A DNA stretch of 64,000 bases. It comes from an uncultured delta proteobacterium. GTDB taxonomy: Bacteria > Myxococcota > Kuafuiibacteriia > Kuafuiibacteriales > Kuafuiibacteriaceae. The position numbers were made by a program, and so were the translations under genes. Position 1 is the first letter of the stretch, and each line of letters starts with the position of its first letter. Shown in pieces: positions 49,392 to 61,486 of this stretch. Location: assembly GCA_963803435.1 (NCBI GenBank), contig CAWDML010000007.1:192001-256000 (forward strand). Reading direction: 5' to 3'. The notes beneath the pieces are model-generated. The model searched no databases, was not told the origin of the DNA, and saw nothing but the letters and a program-made list of their open reading frames with translations.

Positions 49392-49987
49392 GGGCGGCGG
49401 CCGTCGGCCTGGTCGCCCTGGCGGCCTGCACCTCGAACGACGCCTTCCACGAGCCCGAGATGAGCTTCGAACGCATGATCCATCAACCCAAGGTCGACGC
49501 CTACGAGCGCTCCGATCTCTTCACCGATCATCGCGCCATGCGCGCACCGCCAGACGGTAGCGTGTCTCGCGGCTCCGTCGAGCTCGACGCCGCCCTCGAG
49601 TACGGGGCGAAGAACAACGCGTACCTGGTGGACATCCCGATCTCCGTGGACCTGACCTTGCTGCGTCGCGGGCGCAACCGCTTCGAGATCTACTGCGCCA
49701 CCTGCCACGGCGTCCTCGGCAACGGCGTCAGCCCGGTGGCCGACAGCATGCGGCTGGTGCGGCCCCCCTCGCTGGTGACAGGGCGCGTCCGTGCCTTTTC
49801 GAGCGGCCAGGTCTTCAGGGTGGTCCGCGAGGGCTTCGGTCTCATGCCGTCCTATCGCGCCGAGCTCGACGCGCACGATCGCTGGGCGGTGGTCGCGTAC
49901 CTGCAGGCGCTCCAGCTCCGGGAGCAGATCCCGCTGGATCGGCTCACACCGGCGCTCGAGCGCGAGGCCAAGGGAGAGCTGAAATGA
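49388..49987 (+). CDS. actE: Alternative complex III monoheme cytochrome c lipoprotein
   Basis: LAAC lipobox, RGRNRFEIYCATCHG, MPSY and DRWAVVAY. Confidence 0.9.
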   Translation: MRAAAVGLVALAACTSNDAFHEPEMSFERMIHQPKVDAYERSDLFTDHRAMRAPPDGSVSRGSVELDAALEYGAKNNAYLVDIPISVDLTLLRRGRNRFEIYCATCHGVLGNGVSPVADSMRLVRPPSLVTGRVRAFSSGQVFRVVREGFGLMPSYRAELDAHDRWAVVAYLQALQLREQIPLDRLTPALEREAKGELK

Positions 49988-51129
49988 CGCGCCCTCACCT
50001 TGCCCTCGCCGGCGTCGGGATGCTCGGGCTGGTCGGTCTGGTGATCGGCGCCTTCACCAGGCCCGCGGCCACGCTGACCGCGTACCTGGGCGCGTTCGCC
50101 TTCGCGCTCAGCATGGCGCTCGGCTCCCTGCTGGTGGTCCTGGTCGCGCACCTGGCCGGGGCTCGCTGGCTCCTGATCTACCGCCGCCTGGCCGAGCTGA
50201 TCACCAGCACCTTCTTCGTGCTGGCGCTCGCGTTCCTCCCCATCCTCATCTGCATCCAGAACGTCTACGTCTGGGCCCGACCGCTCGATCAGCTCAGCGA
50301 GCACGTCCGCCGATCGGTCGAGCACCAGCGCCCCTGGCTCAACGTCACGTTCTTCATCATCCGTACCGTCGTCTACTTCGCGATCTGGGTGATCGCGTCC
50401 GAGACCCTCTTCCGCTTCAGCCTCAGCCAGGACCCCTCGCGCCCGCGTACCACCACCCGCTTGCGTGCCGCCGCCGGCGTCTTCTCCTGGCCCATCGTCC
50501 TCGCGCTCTCGTTCGCCACCTTCGACTTCTTCATGTCGCTGGATCCGACGTGGACCTCGTCGATGTATCCCGTCTACTTCTTCGCGGGCTCGTTCATCGC
50601 CAGCCTCGCCCTCCTCGGCGTGATCCCTCAGCTGACCGCGAGGAGCCACGAGCTCCGGGAGCACCTCAACGCCTCCCACCTGCACGCGCTCGGGAAGCTC
50701 GAGCTCACCTTCGTGATCTTCTGGACGTACATCGCCTTCGATCAGTTCATGCTGGTCTGGATCGCCGACCTGCCCGACGAGGTGCCCTGGTACCTCAGGC
50801 GCATGGACGGCGTGTGGGGGACGCTCGCGGTCATCGTCATCTTCGGGCAGTTCGTCTTCCCGTTCCTGCTCCTGCTCTCCCGCAGCCTCAAGCGGCGCCC
50901 GCTCTTCCTGTTCTCGCTGGGCGCCTGGCTGCTCGCGATCCACTGGCTCGACATCGTCTGGCTGGTGGTCCCCTCGGGCCGGCCGAGCGTGTGGTGGCTC
51001 CACCTGGCCGGGCTCTCGTTCTTCGTCGGCCTGGTCGGAGGCGTGGCGAGCTGGCGGGCGGCCGGACGACCGCTGACGCCGCGCTCCGATCCCTTCTTCC
51101 CCGAGACGCTGAGGTACCGCACCCGATGA
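49984..51129 (+). CDS. actF: Alternative complex III membrane subunit
   Basis: PWLNVTFF, DFFMSLDPTWTSS and QFMLVWIADLPDE. Confidence 0.88.
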   Translation: MTRPHLALAGVGMLGLVGLVIGAFTRPAATLTAYLGAFAFALSMALGSLLVVLVAHLAGARWLLIYRRLAELITSTFFVLALAFLPILICIQNVYVWARPLDQLSEHVRRSVEHQRPWLNVTFFIIRTVVYFAIWVIASETLFRFSLSQDPSRPRTTTRLRAAAGVFSWPIVLALSFATFDFFMSLDPTWTSSMYPVYFFAGSFIASLALLGVIPQLTARSHELREHLNASHLHALGKLELTFVIFWTYIAFDQFMLVWIADLPDEVPWYLRRMDGVWGTLAVIVIFGQFVFPFLLLLSRSLKRRPLFLFSLGAWLLAIHWLDIVWLVVPSGRPSVWWLHLAGLSFFVGLVGGVASWRAAGRPLTPRSDPFFPETLRYRTR

Positions 51130-51476
51130 GCGACCTTCACCTTCAAGAAGACCACCTCCCTCAGAAGAAGATCGCGGCCGTGGCGGCCGCGGCCTTCGCG
51201 ATCATGGCGCTCTCCATCTGGGTCGCGTACGCCCTGCTCGCCGACGTCGAGCACGAGCTCGGACGGGAGCCCGGCTTCTCGGCGGTTCAGCGGGCGCCGC
51301 ACCAGATCTCCGGCGTTTTCCAGACCGAGATCGAACGTGATCAATCCGGCCTCCGCATGCGCCGCGCGGCCGAGGAGGAGCTCGACCACTACGCCTGGGT
51401 CGATCGCGACCGAGGTCTGGTCAGCATCCCGATCGAGCGTGCGATGGAGCTGCGCGCCGAGGGGGTGACGCCATGA
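51126..51476 (+). CDS. actG: Alternative complex III small subunit
   Basis: Single TM helix, YAWVDRDRGLVSIPIERAM, and operon position. Confidence 0.8.
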   Translation: MSDLHLQEDHLPQKKIAAVAAAAFAIMALSIWVAYALLADVEHELGREPGFSAVQRAPHQISGVFQTEIERDQSGLRMRRAAEEELDHYAWVDRDRGLVSIPIERAMELRAEGVTP

Positions 51477-52243
51477 CGGCACCATTCCCGATCCTCGGCG
51501 TACTGGCCGCGCTCGCCACGCCCGCTCCGCTCGAGGATGTCGGGGTCGTGGAGCACCTGGGCGCGTCCATCCCCGGCGACCTGAAGCTGACCGATCAAGC
51601 GGGCGACGAGCACCGGCTCGATCAGCTCACCACCGGGACGCGTCCGGTGATCCTGGTCCTCGCGTACTACCGCTGCCCGATGCTGTGCGGCCTGGTCCTC
51701 AACGGCGTCGCCAAGACGGTGCGCGAATTCGGCGGCCGGCCCGGCCAGGACTTCGACCTGTTGACGATCAGCTTCGATCCGACCGAAGGGCCCGCCGACG
51801 CTGATCGACGGCGGACCTCCATCCTCTCCGGATTCGGAGATCCAGAGGCGAGCTGGCCTTTCCTGGTGGCGGACGAGGACAGCGTGAACCGCCTCCTGGC
51901 CACCGCCGGCGTGGGGGTGAAGAGGGATCCGAACACCGGTCAGTACGCGCACCCCGCCGTGTTCATGGTCCTCACGCCCGACCGCCGGATCTCGCGCTAC
52001 CTCTACGGCTTCGACGTCCGCCCCTTCGACCTGAAGCTCGCGCTCGCGGAGGCCGGCAAGGGCAAGACGGGGCCTTCGTTCGCGAAGCTGCTCCTGCGCT
52101 GCTTCTCGTACGACCCCTCGACGCGCCGCTACGGCGTCGCGATCGCCACGGCCTACCGGATCGGCGGTGTCGTGCTCCTGCTCGGGATCGGCGGCGTGCT
52201 CGGCCTGCTCTTCATCCGCGAGCGGAGGCGGGGGTCCGCGTGA
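51473..52243 (+). CDS. SCO family copper chaperone
   Basis: YYRCPMLC, YAHPA and C-terminal TM helix. Confidence 0.9.
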   Translation: MTAPFPILGVLAALATPAPLEDVGVVEHLGASIPGDLKLTDQAGDEHRLDQLTTGTRPVILVLAYYRCPMLCGLVLNGVAKTVREFGGRPGQDFDLLTISFDPTEGPADADRRRTSILSGFGDPEASWPFLVADEDSVNRLLATAGVGVKRDPNTGQYAHPAVFMVLTPDRRISRYLYGFDVRPFDLKLALAEAGKGKTGPSFAKLLLRCFSYDPSTRRYGVAIATAYRIGGVVLLLGIGGVLGLLFIRERRRGSA

Positions 52244-53351
52244 ACGAGTTCCTCCGGCACTTGCTGGCGCTGCCGCCCCAGGCCTCGAGCTTCGCGAAGA
52301 GCGTCGATCAGCTCCACTACTTCGTCATCAGCGCCACCATGTTCGGCGCCACGATCACGGCCCTGGTCGCGATCGTGTTCGTGGTCCGCTATCGCCGCCG
52401 CGGCGACGAGCTCACCGAGCACGTCTCGGCGCCGGTGTGGCTGGAGGCGACCTGGATCGGGCTCTTGCTCACGCTCTTCTTGGTGTGGTGGGTCATCGGC
52501 TACCGCCTCTACATCCGGATGGAGGTCCCGCCGAAGGACGCGATGGAGGTCTACGTGACCGCCAAGCAATGGATGTGGAAGTTCGCCTATCCCGACGGCA
52601 AGAGCTCGATCTCCGTCCTCACGGTGCCCGCCGGCAGGCCGGTCCGCCTGACGATGACCTCCCGCGACGTCATCCACAGCTTCTCCGTGCCTGCCTTCCG
52701 CACCAAGCAAGACGTGCTTCCGGGGACGTACACCAGCCTCTGGTTCGAGGCGCCCGAGCCCGGCTCCTACCAGATCCTCTGCGCCGAGTACTGCGGCGTC
52801 GGTCACTCGGTGATGCGCGGACGCGTCGACGTGCTGTCCGCCGACGACTACGAGGCCTGGCTCGAGGGCCGCGACCCGATGGCCCGGCGACACGCGGAGG
52901 CCATCACTGCCGCCGAGCGCCCCAAAGGCGGCGAGGAGGACGAGATCGAGGCGGGGATCGAGGCAGGCGCGTCCGAGCGGATGGACGTGCGCGGGCGCGA
53001 GGTCGCCGTGCGTCACGGATGCCTCGCGTGCCACACGCTGGACGGACGCCGACACATCGGCCCGAGCTTCGCCGGCCTCTACATGAAGGAGGTCACGCTT
53101 CAGGACGGCCGCAAGGTCATCGCGGATCCCGCCTATCTCACCGAGTCGATGATGGATCCGCGCGCCAAGGTGGTGAGCGGCTTCCAGCCGGTGATGCCGA
53201 CGTTCCAGGGTCTGTTGAGCGCCGGCGAGACCGCCGCGCTGGTCGAGCTCATCCGATCGGTCGCGAGCATCCCCCGGGACGGCACCTTCCCGGGTCGAGG
53301 GCCGGTCCCCGACGTCACCCCCTGGCAGCGAGGGGAGCAGGGAGAGCGCCG

Positions 53352-53355
<4 letters not shown>
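52240..53355 (+). CDS. coxB: Cytochrome c oxidase subunit II with fused cytochrome c (caa3)
   Basis: QWMW, DVIHSF, CuA motif CAEYCGVGHSVM and CLACH. Confidence 0.95.
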
Positions 53356-54951
<1,596 letters not shown>

Positions 54952-54959
<8 letters not shown>

Positions 54960-55596
54960 GGTCCACGTCTCCCATCACTTCGACACCTTCTCCAACGAGG
55001 CCCACGCGGGTCGCCTGGGGATGTGGATCTTCCTCTCGAGCGAGGCGCTCCTGTTCGCCGGCATGTTCACGCTCTACGCCGCGGGGCGCGTGATGTGGCC
55101 GAGCGCCTTCGAGGAGGGCGTCCACGACAACATTCGATGGCTCGGCTCCGTGAATACGCTGATCCTGATCACCAGCAGCTACGCGGTCGCCTCCGCCGTT
55201 CACACCGCGAAGGGTGAACGAAAGCGCGCGACTTCGTGGCTGCTGGCGATCACCTTCCTCTTCGGTGTCGCGTTCCTCACGCTCAAGGGCTTCGAGTACG
55301 CCAAGCATTTTAGGGACGGCGCGATCCCTCAGGGCGACACGCGCTATTTCTTGCTCCACGACACGCCCGGCCTCCCCTACTTCTTCGCGCTGTACTTCCT
55401 GATGACCGGCGCGCACGCGTTCCACGTGCTCGTGGGGATGATGGTGCTCGCCACGCTCTTCGTCATGGTGCGGAGGAGCGACATGACCCCGCGCATGGCC
55501 CACCGCGTGGAGGTCGGCGCGCTCTACTGGCACCTCATCGACATCATCTGGATCTTCCTCTGGCCGCTGTTCTACCTGGCCGGCAAGGGATCGTGA
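54952..55596 (+). CDS. coxC: Cytochrome c oxidase subunit III
   Basis: GMWIFLSSE, TGAHAFHV and LYWHLIDIIW. Confidence 0.93.
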
Positions 55597-55934
55597 TCAT
55601 GGAAGAGAAGGTCTCCTCCAAGGCTCTGGTGCTCTCGTTCGTCGGACTGGTGGCACTGACCGGCCTCTCGTGGGGCCTCTCCTACGCGCACCTCGGCTCG
55701 TGGGAGCTGGTGGTGGCCATGCTGATCGCCGCAGGGAAGACGACGCTGGTGCTGTTGTTCTTCATGCACCTGCTGGAGTCCGGAGCGGCGCCGGTGTTTG
55801 CGATCCTGGCCGGGCTGTTCTTCGTGGCGCTGCTGATCGGCTTCGTCTCCGGCATCGACGTGCACGCGCGCGCGCACCCGGAGCTGATCCCCCCGCGCGT
55901 CCCGAGCGCCGAGGTCGGCGGCACCGACCGGTGA
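55593..55934 (+). CDS. coxD: Cytochrome c oxidase subunit IV
   Basis: Three TM helices and K..LV.LFFMHL. Confidence 0.88.
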   Translation: MIMEEKVSSKALVLSFVGLVALTGLSWGLSYAHLGSWELVVAMLIAAGKTTLVLLFFMHLLESGAAPVFAILAGLFFVALLIGFVSGIDVHARAHPELIPPRVPSAEVGGTDR

Positions 55935-55974
55935 TTGGACTCGGTGCACCATTCCGTGCAAGCTCCCCGCCCGG

Positions 55975-57351
55975 GTGCAGGACCTGCTCGACCTCTCGGC
56001 CCTCGAGCTGGCCGCTCACATCCGTTTGCGGGAGCTGTCGTCGCTCGAGGCCACGCGCTTCTTCCTCGAGCGCATCGAACGTCTGAACCCCGAGCTCCAG
56101 GCCTTCGTCAGCCTGCACCGGCGTCGAGCGCTCTGGACGGCGGCGCGCTGCGATCGGGTGGGGGGCCGCCGGCGCGAGCGACCGCTGTTCTTCGGGGTCC
56201 CGACCGGCGTCAAGGATCTGGTCCCGGTGTTCGGCTCGTTCACCCGGCTGGGCTCCCGCGCGTATCGCTGGTTCGTGTCGCCCTACGACGCCCCGGGCGC
56301 GAGGCGGCTCCGGCACGGCGGGTTCGTCTTCTTGGGGAAGCTCGCCACCTCCGAGTTCGGCGCGCTGCCAGTGACCGAGCCCGACATCCATCCGCCGACG
56401 AAGAACCCCTGGGACCTCCGCCGCACCCCGGGCGGCTCGAGCGGCGGCTCCGCGTCCGCGGTGGCCGCCGGCCTGCTCCCGATCGCCCAGGGCTCCGACG
56501 GCGGTGGATCCATCCGCATCCCCAGCGCCTTCTGCGGGCTCTTCGGCTTCAAGCCGAGCCTCAGCCTGCTCGGCAATCTGCACGGGCGCGTGAACATCCT
56601 CGGGATGAGCGTGATGGGCGCGCTCGCGCGCACGGTGGAAGACTCGGCGGCGATGCTCGACGTCCTTCGGGACCGCCCGTTCCCCCGGGCGCCCCACGGG
56701 CCGCCGAGCTGTCTCTCGGCCGCGGGTGCACCGCTCCGGCCGCTCCGGATCGGGTGGTCGAGCGAGTCCCCGCTGGGAGGCGCTGTCGACCCCGAGATCG
56801 TGCGAGCGACCGAGGACACGGCGACGCTCCTGGCATCGCTCGGGCATCACGTCGATGAGATCCGGATCGAGCGAGGGACGATCGACGAGTTCCTGCCGCT
56901 CTGGCAGCTCATGCTGGCGGCGGTTCCTTCACCCGGGGACGGACGCCTTCAGCCGATCACGCGCTGGCTGCGCGAGGCCGGACGGAGCCTCACGCTCGAG
57001 GAGGTGCTGCCCACGCAGCGCACGTTCCAGGCGCGGATCGATCGGATGTTCGGAGTCGCGGACGTCGTCCTCACGCCGACCGTCCCCTTCGCACCGCCGC
57101 TGCTCGGCAGCCCGCAGGGACCCGATCCGCGCCAGGCCTTCTTCGAGATCGCGCAGGCCGGCGCCTTCACCGCCGCGTTCAACGCCACCGATCGACCCGC
57201 GGCCAGCCTGCCGGCGGGGCTCTCCTCCGCGGGGTTGCCGCTGGCGATCCAGCTCGGCGGTCGCCGCGGCGAGGACCACCTGCTCTTGGCGCTCTCGCGG
57301 CAGGTCGAACAGGCCCGCCCCTGGCGCCAGTGGCGAGCGCCGCTCTCATGA
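55975..57351 (+). CDS. Amidase signature family enzyme
   Basis: GVKD, PGGSSGGS and GSDGGGSIRIP. Confidence 0.92.
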   Translation: MQDLLDLSALELAAHIRLRELSSLEATRFFLERIERLNPELQAFVSLHRRRALWTAARCDRVGGRRRERPLFFGVPTGVKDLVPVFGSFTRLGSRAYRWFVSPYDAPGARRLRHGGFVFLGKLATSEFGALPVTEPDIHPPTKNPWDLRRTPGGSSGGSASAVAAGLLPIAQGSDGGGSIRIPSAFCGLFGFKPSLSLLGNLHGRVNILGMSVMGALARTVEDSAAMLDVLRDRPFPRAPHGPPSCLSAAGAPLRPLRIGWSSESPLGGAVDPEIVRATEDTATLLASLGHHVDEIRIERGTIDEFLPLWQLMLAAVPSPGDGRLQPITRWLREAGRSLTLEEVLPTQRTFQARIDRMFGVADVVLTPTVPFAPPLLGSPQGPDPRQAFFEIAQAGAFTAAFNATDRPAASLPAGLSSAGLPLAIQLGGRRGEDHLLLALSRQVEQARPWRQWRAPLS

Positions 57352-57372
57352 TCTCGAGACTCGAGGAGCACG

Positions 57373-58128
57373 ATGCAAGAGAACCGAATCGAAGTACCGA
57401 CCGAAGAAGGGATCGTGGACGGCCGCGGGTTCGTGCCGGACGGCGAGGGACCGTGGCCGCTGGTGATCTTCTACATGGACGCGGGCGGGCTTCGACCGAG
57501 CATGTCCGCGATGGCGAATCGTCTGGTGGACGCGGGCTACGCGGTGGTGCAGCCGAACCTCTACTGGCGCGCCGGCGCGTACGCGCCCTTCGACTTCGCG
57601 ACCGTGTTCACCGACTCGGAGGAGCGCAAGCGATTGATGACCCTCACCCAATCGTTCACCCCGGTGCAGGCGATGTCCGATACGCGCCTTCTGATCGCGG
57701 CACAGACGCGCTCCGATCCGCGCGTGAAGAGCGAGCGGTTCGGTTGCGTCGGCTATTGCATGGGCGGTCGGATGAGCCTCATCGCGGCGGCCGAGCTGGC
57801 GCCGCGCGTGGCGGCGGCCGCCTCAATCCACGGCGGCGGTCTGGTCACCGACGCGCCGAACAGCCCGCACCTGGGCGCGCCCCGGATCGAGGGCGACGTC
57901 TATCTCGGCGTCGCCGACGAGGACCCGAGCTGCCCCGAGGCACACCAGCAGGCGTTACGTGAGGCGCTCGATCGAGCGGGGGTCCGCTACACGCTCGAGC
58001 GCTATCCCGGTGCGCGCCACGGGTTCGCCGTGCCCGACGCGCCCACGTATGACGCGACCGCGGCCGAACGGCACTGGCGCCGCGTGCTGAACCTCTTCGG
58101 CGAGGCGCTGCGATCGGGAGCCCCATGA
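57373..58128 (+). CDS. Dienelactone hydrolase family protein
   Basis: GYCMGG nucleophile motif and HGFA. Confidence 0.92.
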   Translation: MQENRIEVPTEEGIVDGRGFVPDGEGPWPLVIFYMDAGGLRPSMSAMANRLVDAGYAVVQPNLYWRAGAYAPFDFATVFTDSEERKRLMTLTQSFTPVQAMSDTRLLIAAQTRSDPRVKSERFGCVGYCMGGRMSLIAAAELAPRVAAAASIHGGGLVTDAPNSPHLGAPRIEGDVYLGVADEDPSCPEAHQQALREALDRAGVRYTLERYPGARHGFAVPDAPTYDATAAERHWRRVLNLFGEALRSGAP

Positions 58129-58177
58129 CGAGCACAGTTGCGGTAACCGGGGAACCCTACTAGCGTCACGGTCCCGG

Positions 58178-59182
58178 TTGACCGACCCCTTCGAGATTGG
58201 CGGAGTGCACGTCGCGCCGGGCGAGCGCGCCTCGATCGCGCTACCGGTCGCTCGGCTGCACACCAGCACCGAGCTGACCATGCCGATCCGTGTCGTCCGT
58301 GGAAGAACGGACGGTCCTGCGTTGTTCGTATCCGCCGCCATTCATGGCGACGAGATCAACGGTGTGGAGATCATTCGCCGCTTGCTGCGATTGAAGAGCC
58401 TCGCCAAGCTTCGCGGCACCTTGATCGCGGTCCCGGTGGTCAATGTCTTCGGATTCGTCGCGCACTCGCGGTACCTGCCGGACCGCCGCGATCTGAATCG
58501 CAGCTTCCCCGGTTTTCTGGGCGGAACGCTCGCGGCTCGGCTGGCGGAGCTCTTCATGCGCGAGGTCGTGGCCAAGTCGACGCACGGGATCGATCTGCAC
58601 ACCGGCTCCGGGCGCCGCACCAATCTTCCGCACGTGCGCGTGCGCTTCGAGGATCGCGAGTCCAAGCGTCTCGCGATCGCGTTCGGCGCACCGGTCGTGC
58701 TGAACGCGGCCTGCAGGAGAGGCTCGCTCCGGGAGGCGGTCACCGAGTCGGGGAAGCCGTTCATCCTCTATGAGGGCGGTGAAGATCTCCGCTTCGACGA
58801 GTGGGCGATCCGCTCCGGGCTCAAAGGCGTCAAGGACGTCATGCAAACGTTGGGGATGCTCCCGGGCGAGCCTGTCGAGAAGCGACCGTTCCTCGCCAAG
58901 AGCAGCCGGTGGGTCCGCGCGCCTGCGGGCGGGATCTTCCGCTCCGCCACCACCATCGGGACGCGCGTTCGCCGGGGTCAAAAGGTCGGCACGATCGGAG
59001 ATCCCTTTGGTGAGAATCAAATCGACGTCCTTGCACCCGCCTCGGGCGTCGTCATCGGCGCGAACATGCTTCCGCTGGTCAACGAAGGCGATCAGCTCTA
59101 TCACGTCGCCCGAATCAAGGCGCCCGGCCCCAACGACGAGGATCCGGTCGCCGAGCTGTTCGGGGAGCTGACCCGGTCATGA
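58178..59182 (+). CDS. Succinylglutamate desuccinylase/aspartoacylase (M14) family protein
   Basis: HGDEING, RRDLNRSFPG, IDLHTG and YEGGE. Confidence 0.92.
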   Translation: MTDPFEIGGVHVAPGERASIALPVARLHTSTELTMPIRVVRGRTDGPALFVSAAIHGDEINGVEIIRRLLRLKSLAKLRGTLIAVPVVNVFGFVAHSRYLPDRRDLNRSFPGFLGGTLAARLAELFMREVVAKSTHGIDLHTGSGRRTNLPHVRVRFEDRESKRLAIAFGAPVVLNAACRRGSLREAVTESGKPFILYEGGEDLRFDEWAIRSGLKGVKDVMQTLGMLPGEPVEKRPFLAKSSRWVRAPAGGIFRSATTIGTRVRRGQKVGTIGDPFGENQIDVLAPASGVVIGANMLPLVNEGDQLYHVARIKAPGPNDEDPVAELFGELTRS

Positions 59183-60321
59183 AGATCGCGATCCTGTCTC
59201 AGCACAAGGCCAGCTTCAGCGTGCAGAGGCTCAAGCAGGCGGGGGCGGCGCTCGACCACCGAGTGCGCGTCCTCAATCCCCAGCAGTTCTGCGTGTCGAT
59301 CACCGAAGGCAAGCCGGAGCTCTACTATCAGGACAAGAAGCTCCAGCTCCCGGACGCGCTCATCCCCCGGATCGGCGCCTCCATCACCTTCTTCGGGACC
59401 AGCGTGTCTCCGCCAGTTCGAGCAGATGGGCGTGTTCTACGGTGAACACCTCGCTCGGCATCTCAGCTCGCGCGACAAGCTCCGCTCGCTGCAGGTGCTC
59501 AGCCGCCACAACATCGGCATCCCGCCCACCACGTTCGTCCGCGACGGCGCCGGCGTCTGCCGAGGCGATCGAGCGGGTGGGCGGCGCGCCCGTGGTGATC
59601 AAGATGGTCGAGGGGACGCAGGGGACGGGCGTGATGCTGGCCGAGACGCCGAAGAGCGCAGAGGCGATCGTCGAGACGCTCCAGGGCGCGCAGCAGAACG
59701 TGCTGATCCAGAAGTTCGTGTCCGAGAGCCGCGGGCGGGACATCCGCGCGTTCGTGGTGGGCGGCCGCGTGGTGGCCGCGATGCGCCGGCTCGCCGTGGG
59801 CGACGAGTTCCGCAGCAACGTGCACCGCGGCGGGACCACCGAAGGCATCCACCTGGCCAAGGACTTCGAGCGCACCGCGATCCGCGCCTCCCAGGTGCTC
59901 GGCCTCCGGATCGCCGGCGTCGATCATGCTGGAGTCGAACGACGGGCCGCAGGTCATGGAGGTGAACTCGTCGCCCGGCCTCGAGGGGATCGAGAAGGCC
60001 AGCGGCGTCGACGTGGCCCGCGCCATCATCGAGCACACGGTCGACCAGGCGAAGTTCCTCGAGGTCGACGTGAAGCAGGAGCCCCACGCCACCGAGTACG
60101 GGCTCGTCGAGGTTCCGGTCGGCCGAATGCTCCGCGGGCTCCGGATCCGCGAGTCTGTCCTGCACGAGCAGAACGTCCACGTGCTCCGCATCCAGCGCGG
60201 CCTCGAGACCATCCCGATCCCCTCGGTCGACATCAAGCTCCAGTCCGGAGACGAGCTCCTCTGCTACGGCTCGCTGACCGTGCTCAAGAATTTGATCCCG
60301 GAGAAGCGGCGGCGGCGCTGA
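59179..60321 (+). CDS. rimK: RimK-family ATP-grasp ligase with C-terminal RCK_C/TrkA-C domain (several apparent indels)
   Basis: [44 protein letters not shown] and [12 protein letters not shown], spread over three frames. Confidence 0.85.
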
Positions 60322-60322
60322 T

Positions 60323-61429
60323 TCACCAGGCGCGGTTCGAGTGGGACTCGCCGTGGCAGACGCCGCTGCAGTGGCCGGCGGCGTTCCGCGTGATGGCCGC
60401 CGGCATCTGCAGATCGACCTGCCGGTTCACGTGCAGCTCGAGGCCGACGATCTGGTTGGTCCGGTCGATGGTGCCGGCGTGGCAGTCGGCGCAGACGAAG
60501 CCTTCGCGGAGGTGGCGGCGATGGGCGCCGCTGAGGTTGATCCCGTTGGAGGTGGGGCCGTTGTGGCAATCGTCGCAGGTGGGCGTGCCCTGGGCCGCGG
60601 ACCATGAGCCGTTGGGGCCCTGTCCGTTGCCGTGACACCAGAGGTTCGAGCAGGAGGCGTCGCCGTTGTAGGTGGCCTCCGAGCTGCGACCGCCGCTGAA
60701 GTCGACCTCCGCACGGCCAGCGGTGCCGTCGAGGACGTGGCCCATCGAGGTGACGTCGGTCGGCTTGGCGTGGCACTCGACGCAGTCGAACGGCGCGTGG
60801 TTCTGCGCGCTGACGTGGGACGTGTGCGGGATGAACGTCAGCGGGAAGTCCTCGCCGTTGATGTCGCGGGGAGGAGCGCCGGTGCCGTCGATGTCGTTGC
60901 CGTGACAGTACGTGCAGTTGGTCCGCCAGCCGCTCTTGTGGCAGCTGTCGCAGCTCGGCCCCACGAAGCCGGTGAAGTCCTGCGCGTGGCAGTCGCGGCA
61001 GTTCTCGTCGGCGAGCTTGAACGCGAGGCCGTGCCTCGCGGGGTCGGCCCAGTCGAGCGGATGATGTCGATCGGGCACGACCTCCGGCGCCTCGCAGTCG
61101 GTGGGGGCGCCGGCGTCGATCCAGCGCTGGAGCGATTCGATCTCCGCGTCCTCCATGACCACGCCCGGCGGCATGCGGGCGCCCTCCCCGTCCGCCTGCG
61201 TGCCGGACACCTTGCGGGACACGAACGCGAGCAGATCGGGCGACAGCGCGGCGGCGCCGTCCTTGTCGAGCGCGGGAACCTGCCCCTGTGGCTTGTGGCA
61301 CTCGGTGCAGCGGACGGCGAGGATGCGGAGGGCCTCGTCGCAGTCTCCCTTCTTCGGGATCGGGTCGGAGGGCGCGGCGTTGCAGGCGAATGCCAGCGTG
61401 AGGAGCGCGAGCCATCGAAGGCGCAGCAT
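60323..61429 (-). CDS. Multiheme cytochrome c lipoprotein (CxxCH plus CxxxxCH type)
   Basis: AFAC lipobox; CTECH, CRDCH, CDSCH, CTYCH, CVECH, CSNLWCH, CDDCH, CADCH and CSGVCH. Confidence 0.88.
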   Translation of the reverse strand: MLRLRWLALLTLAFACNAAPSDPIPKKGDCDEALRILAVRCTECHKPQGQVPALDKDGAAALSPDLLAFVSRKVSGTQADGEGARMPPGVVMEDAEIESLQRWIDAGAPTDCEAPEVVPDRHHPLDWADPARHGLAFKLADENCRDCHAQDFTGFVGPSCDSCHKSGWRTNCTYCHGNDIDGTGAPPRDINGEDFPLTFIPHTSHVSAQNHAPFDCVECHAKPTDVTSMGHVLDGTAGRAEVDFSGGRSSEATYNGDASCSNLWCHGNGQGPNGSWSAAQGTPTCDDCHNGPTSNGINLSGAHRRHLREGFVCADCHAGTIDRTNQIVGLELHVNRQVDLQMPAAITRNAAGHCSGVCHGESHSNRAW

Positions 61430-61486
61430 GGTCGCGTCTTACGTACGAAAATGGCGCTCGTCATGCGATACTCGCGCGAGTCACCC

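Noticed and set aside
59400-59930. rimK as a pseudogene or recoded gene
   Set aside because: About five single-base indels, mostly an extra T, with otherwise intact motifs and codon bias. This fits low-coverage long-read error; a read pileup is needed to confirm.
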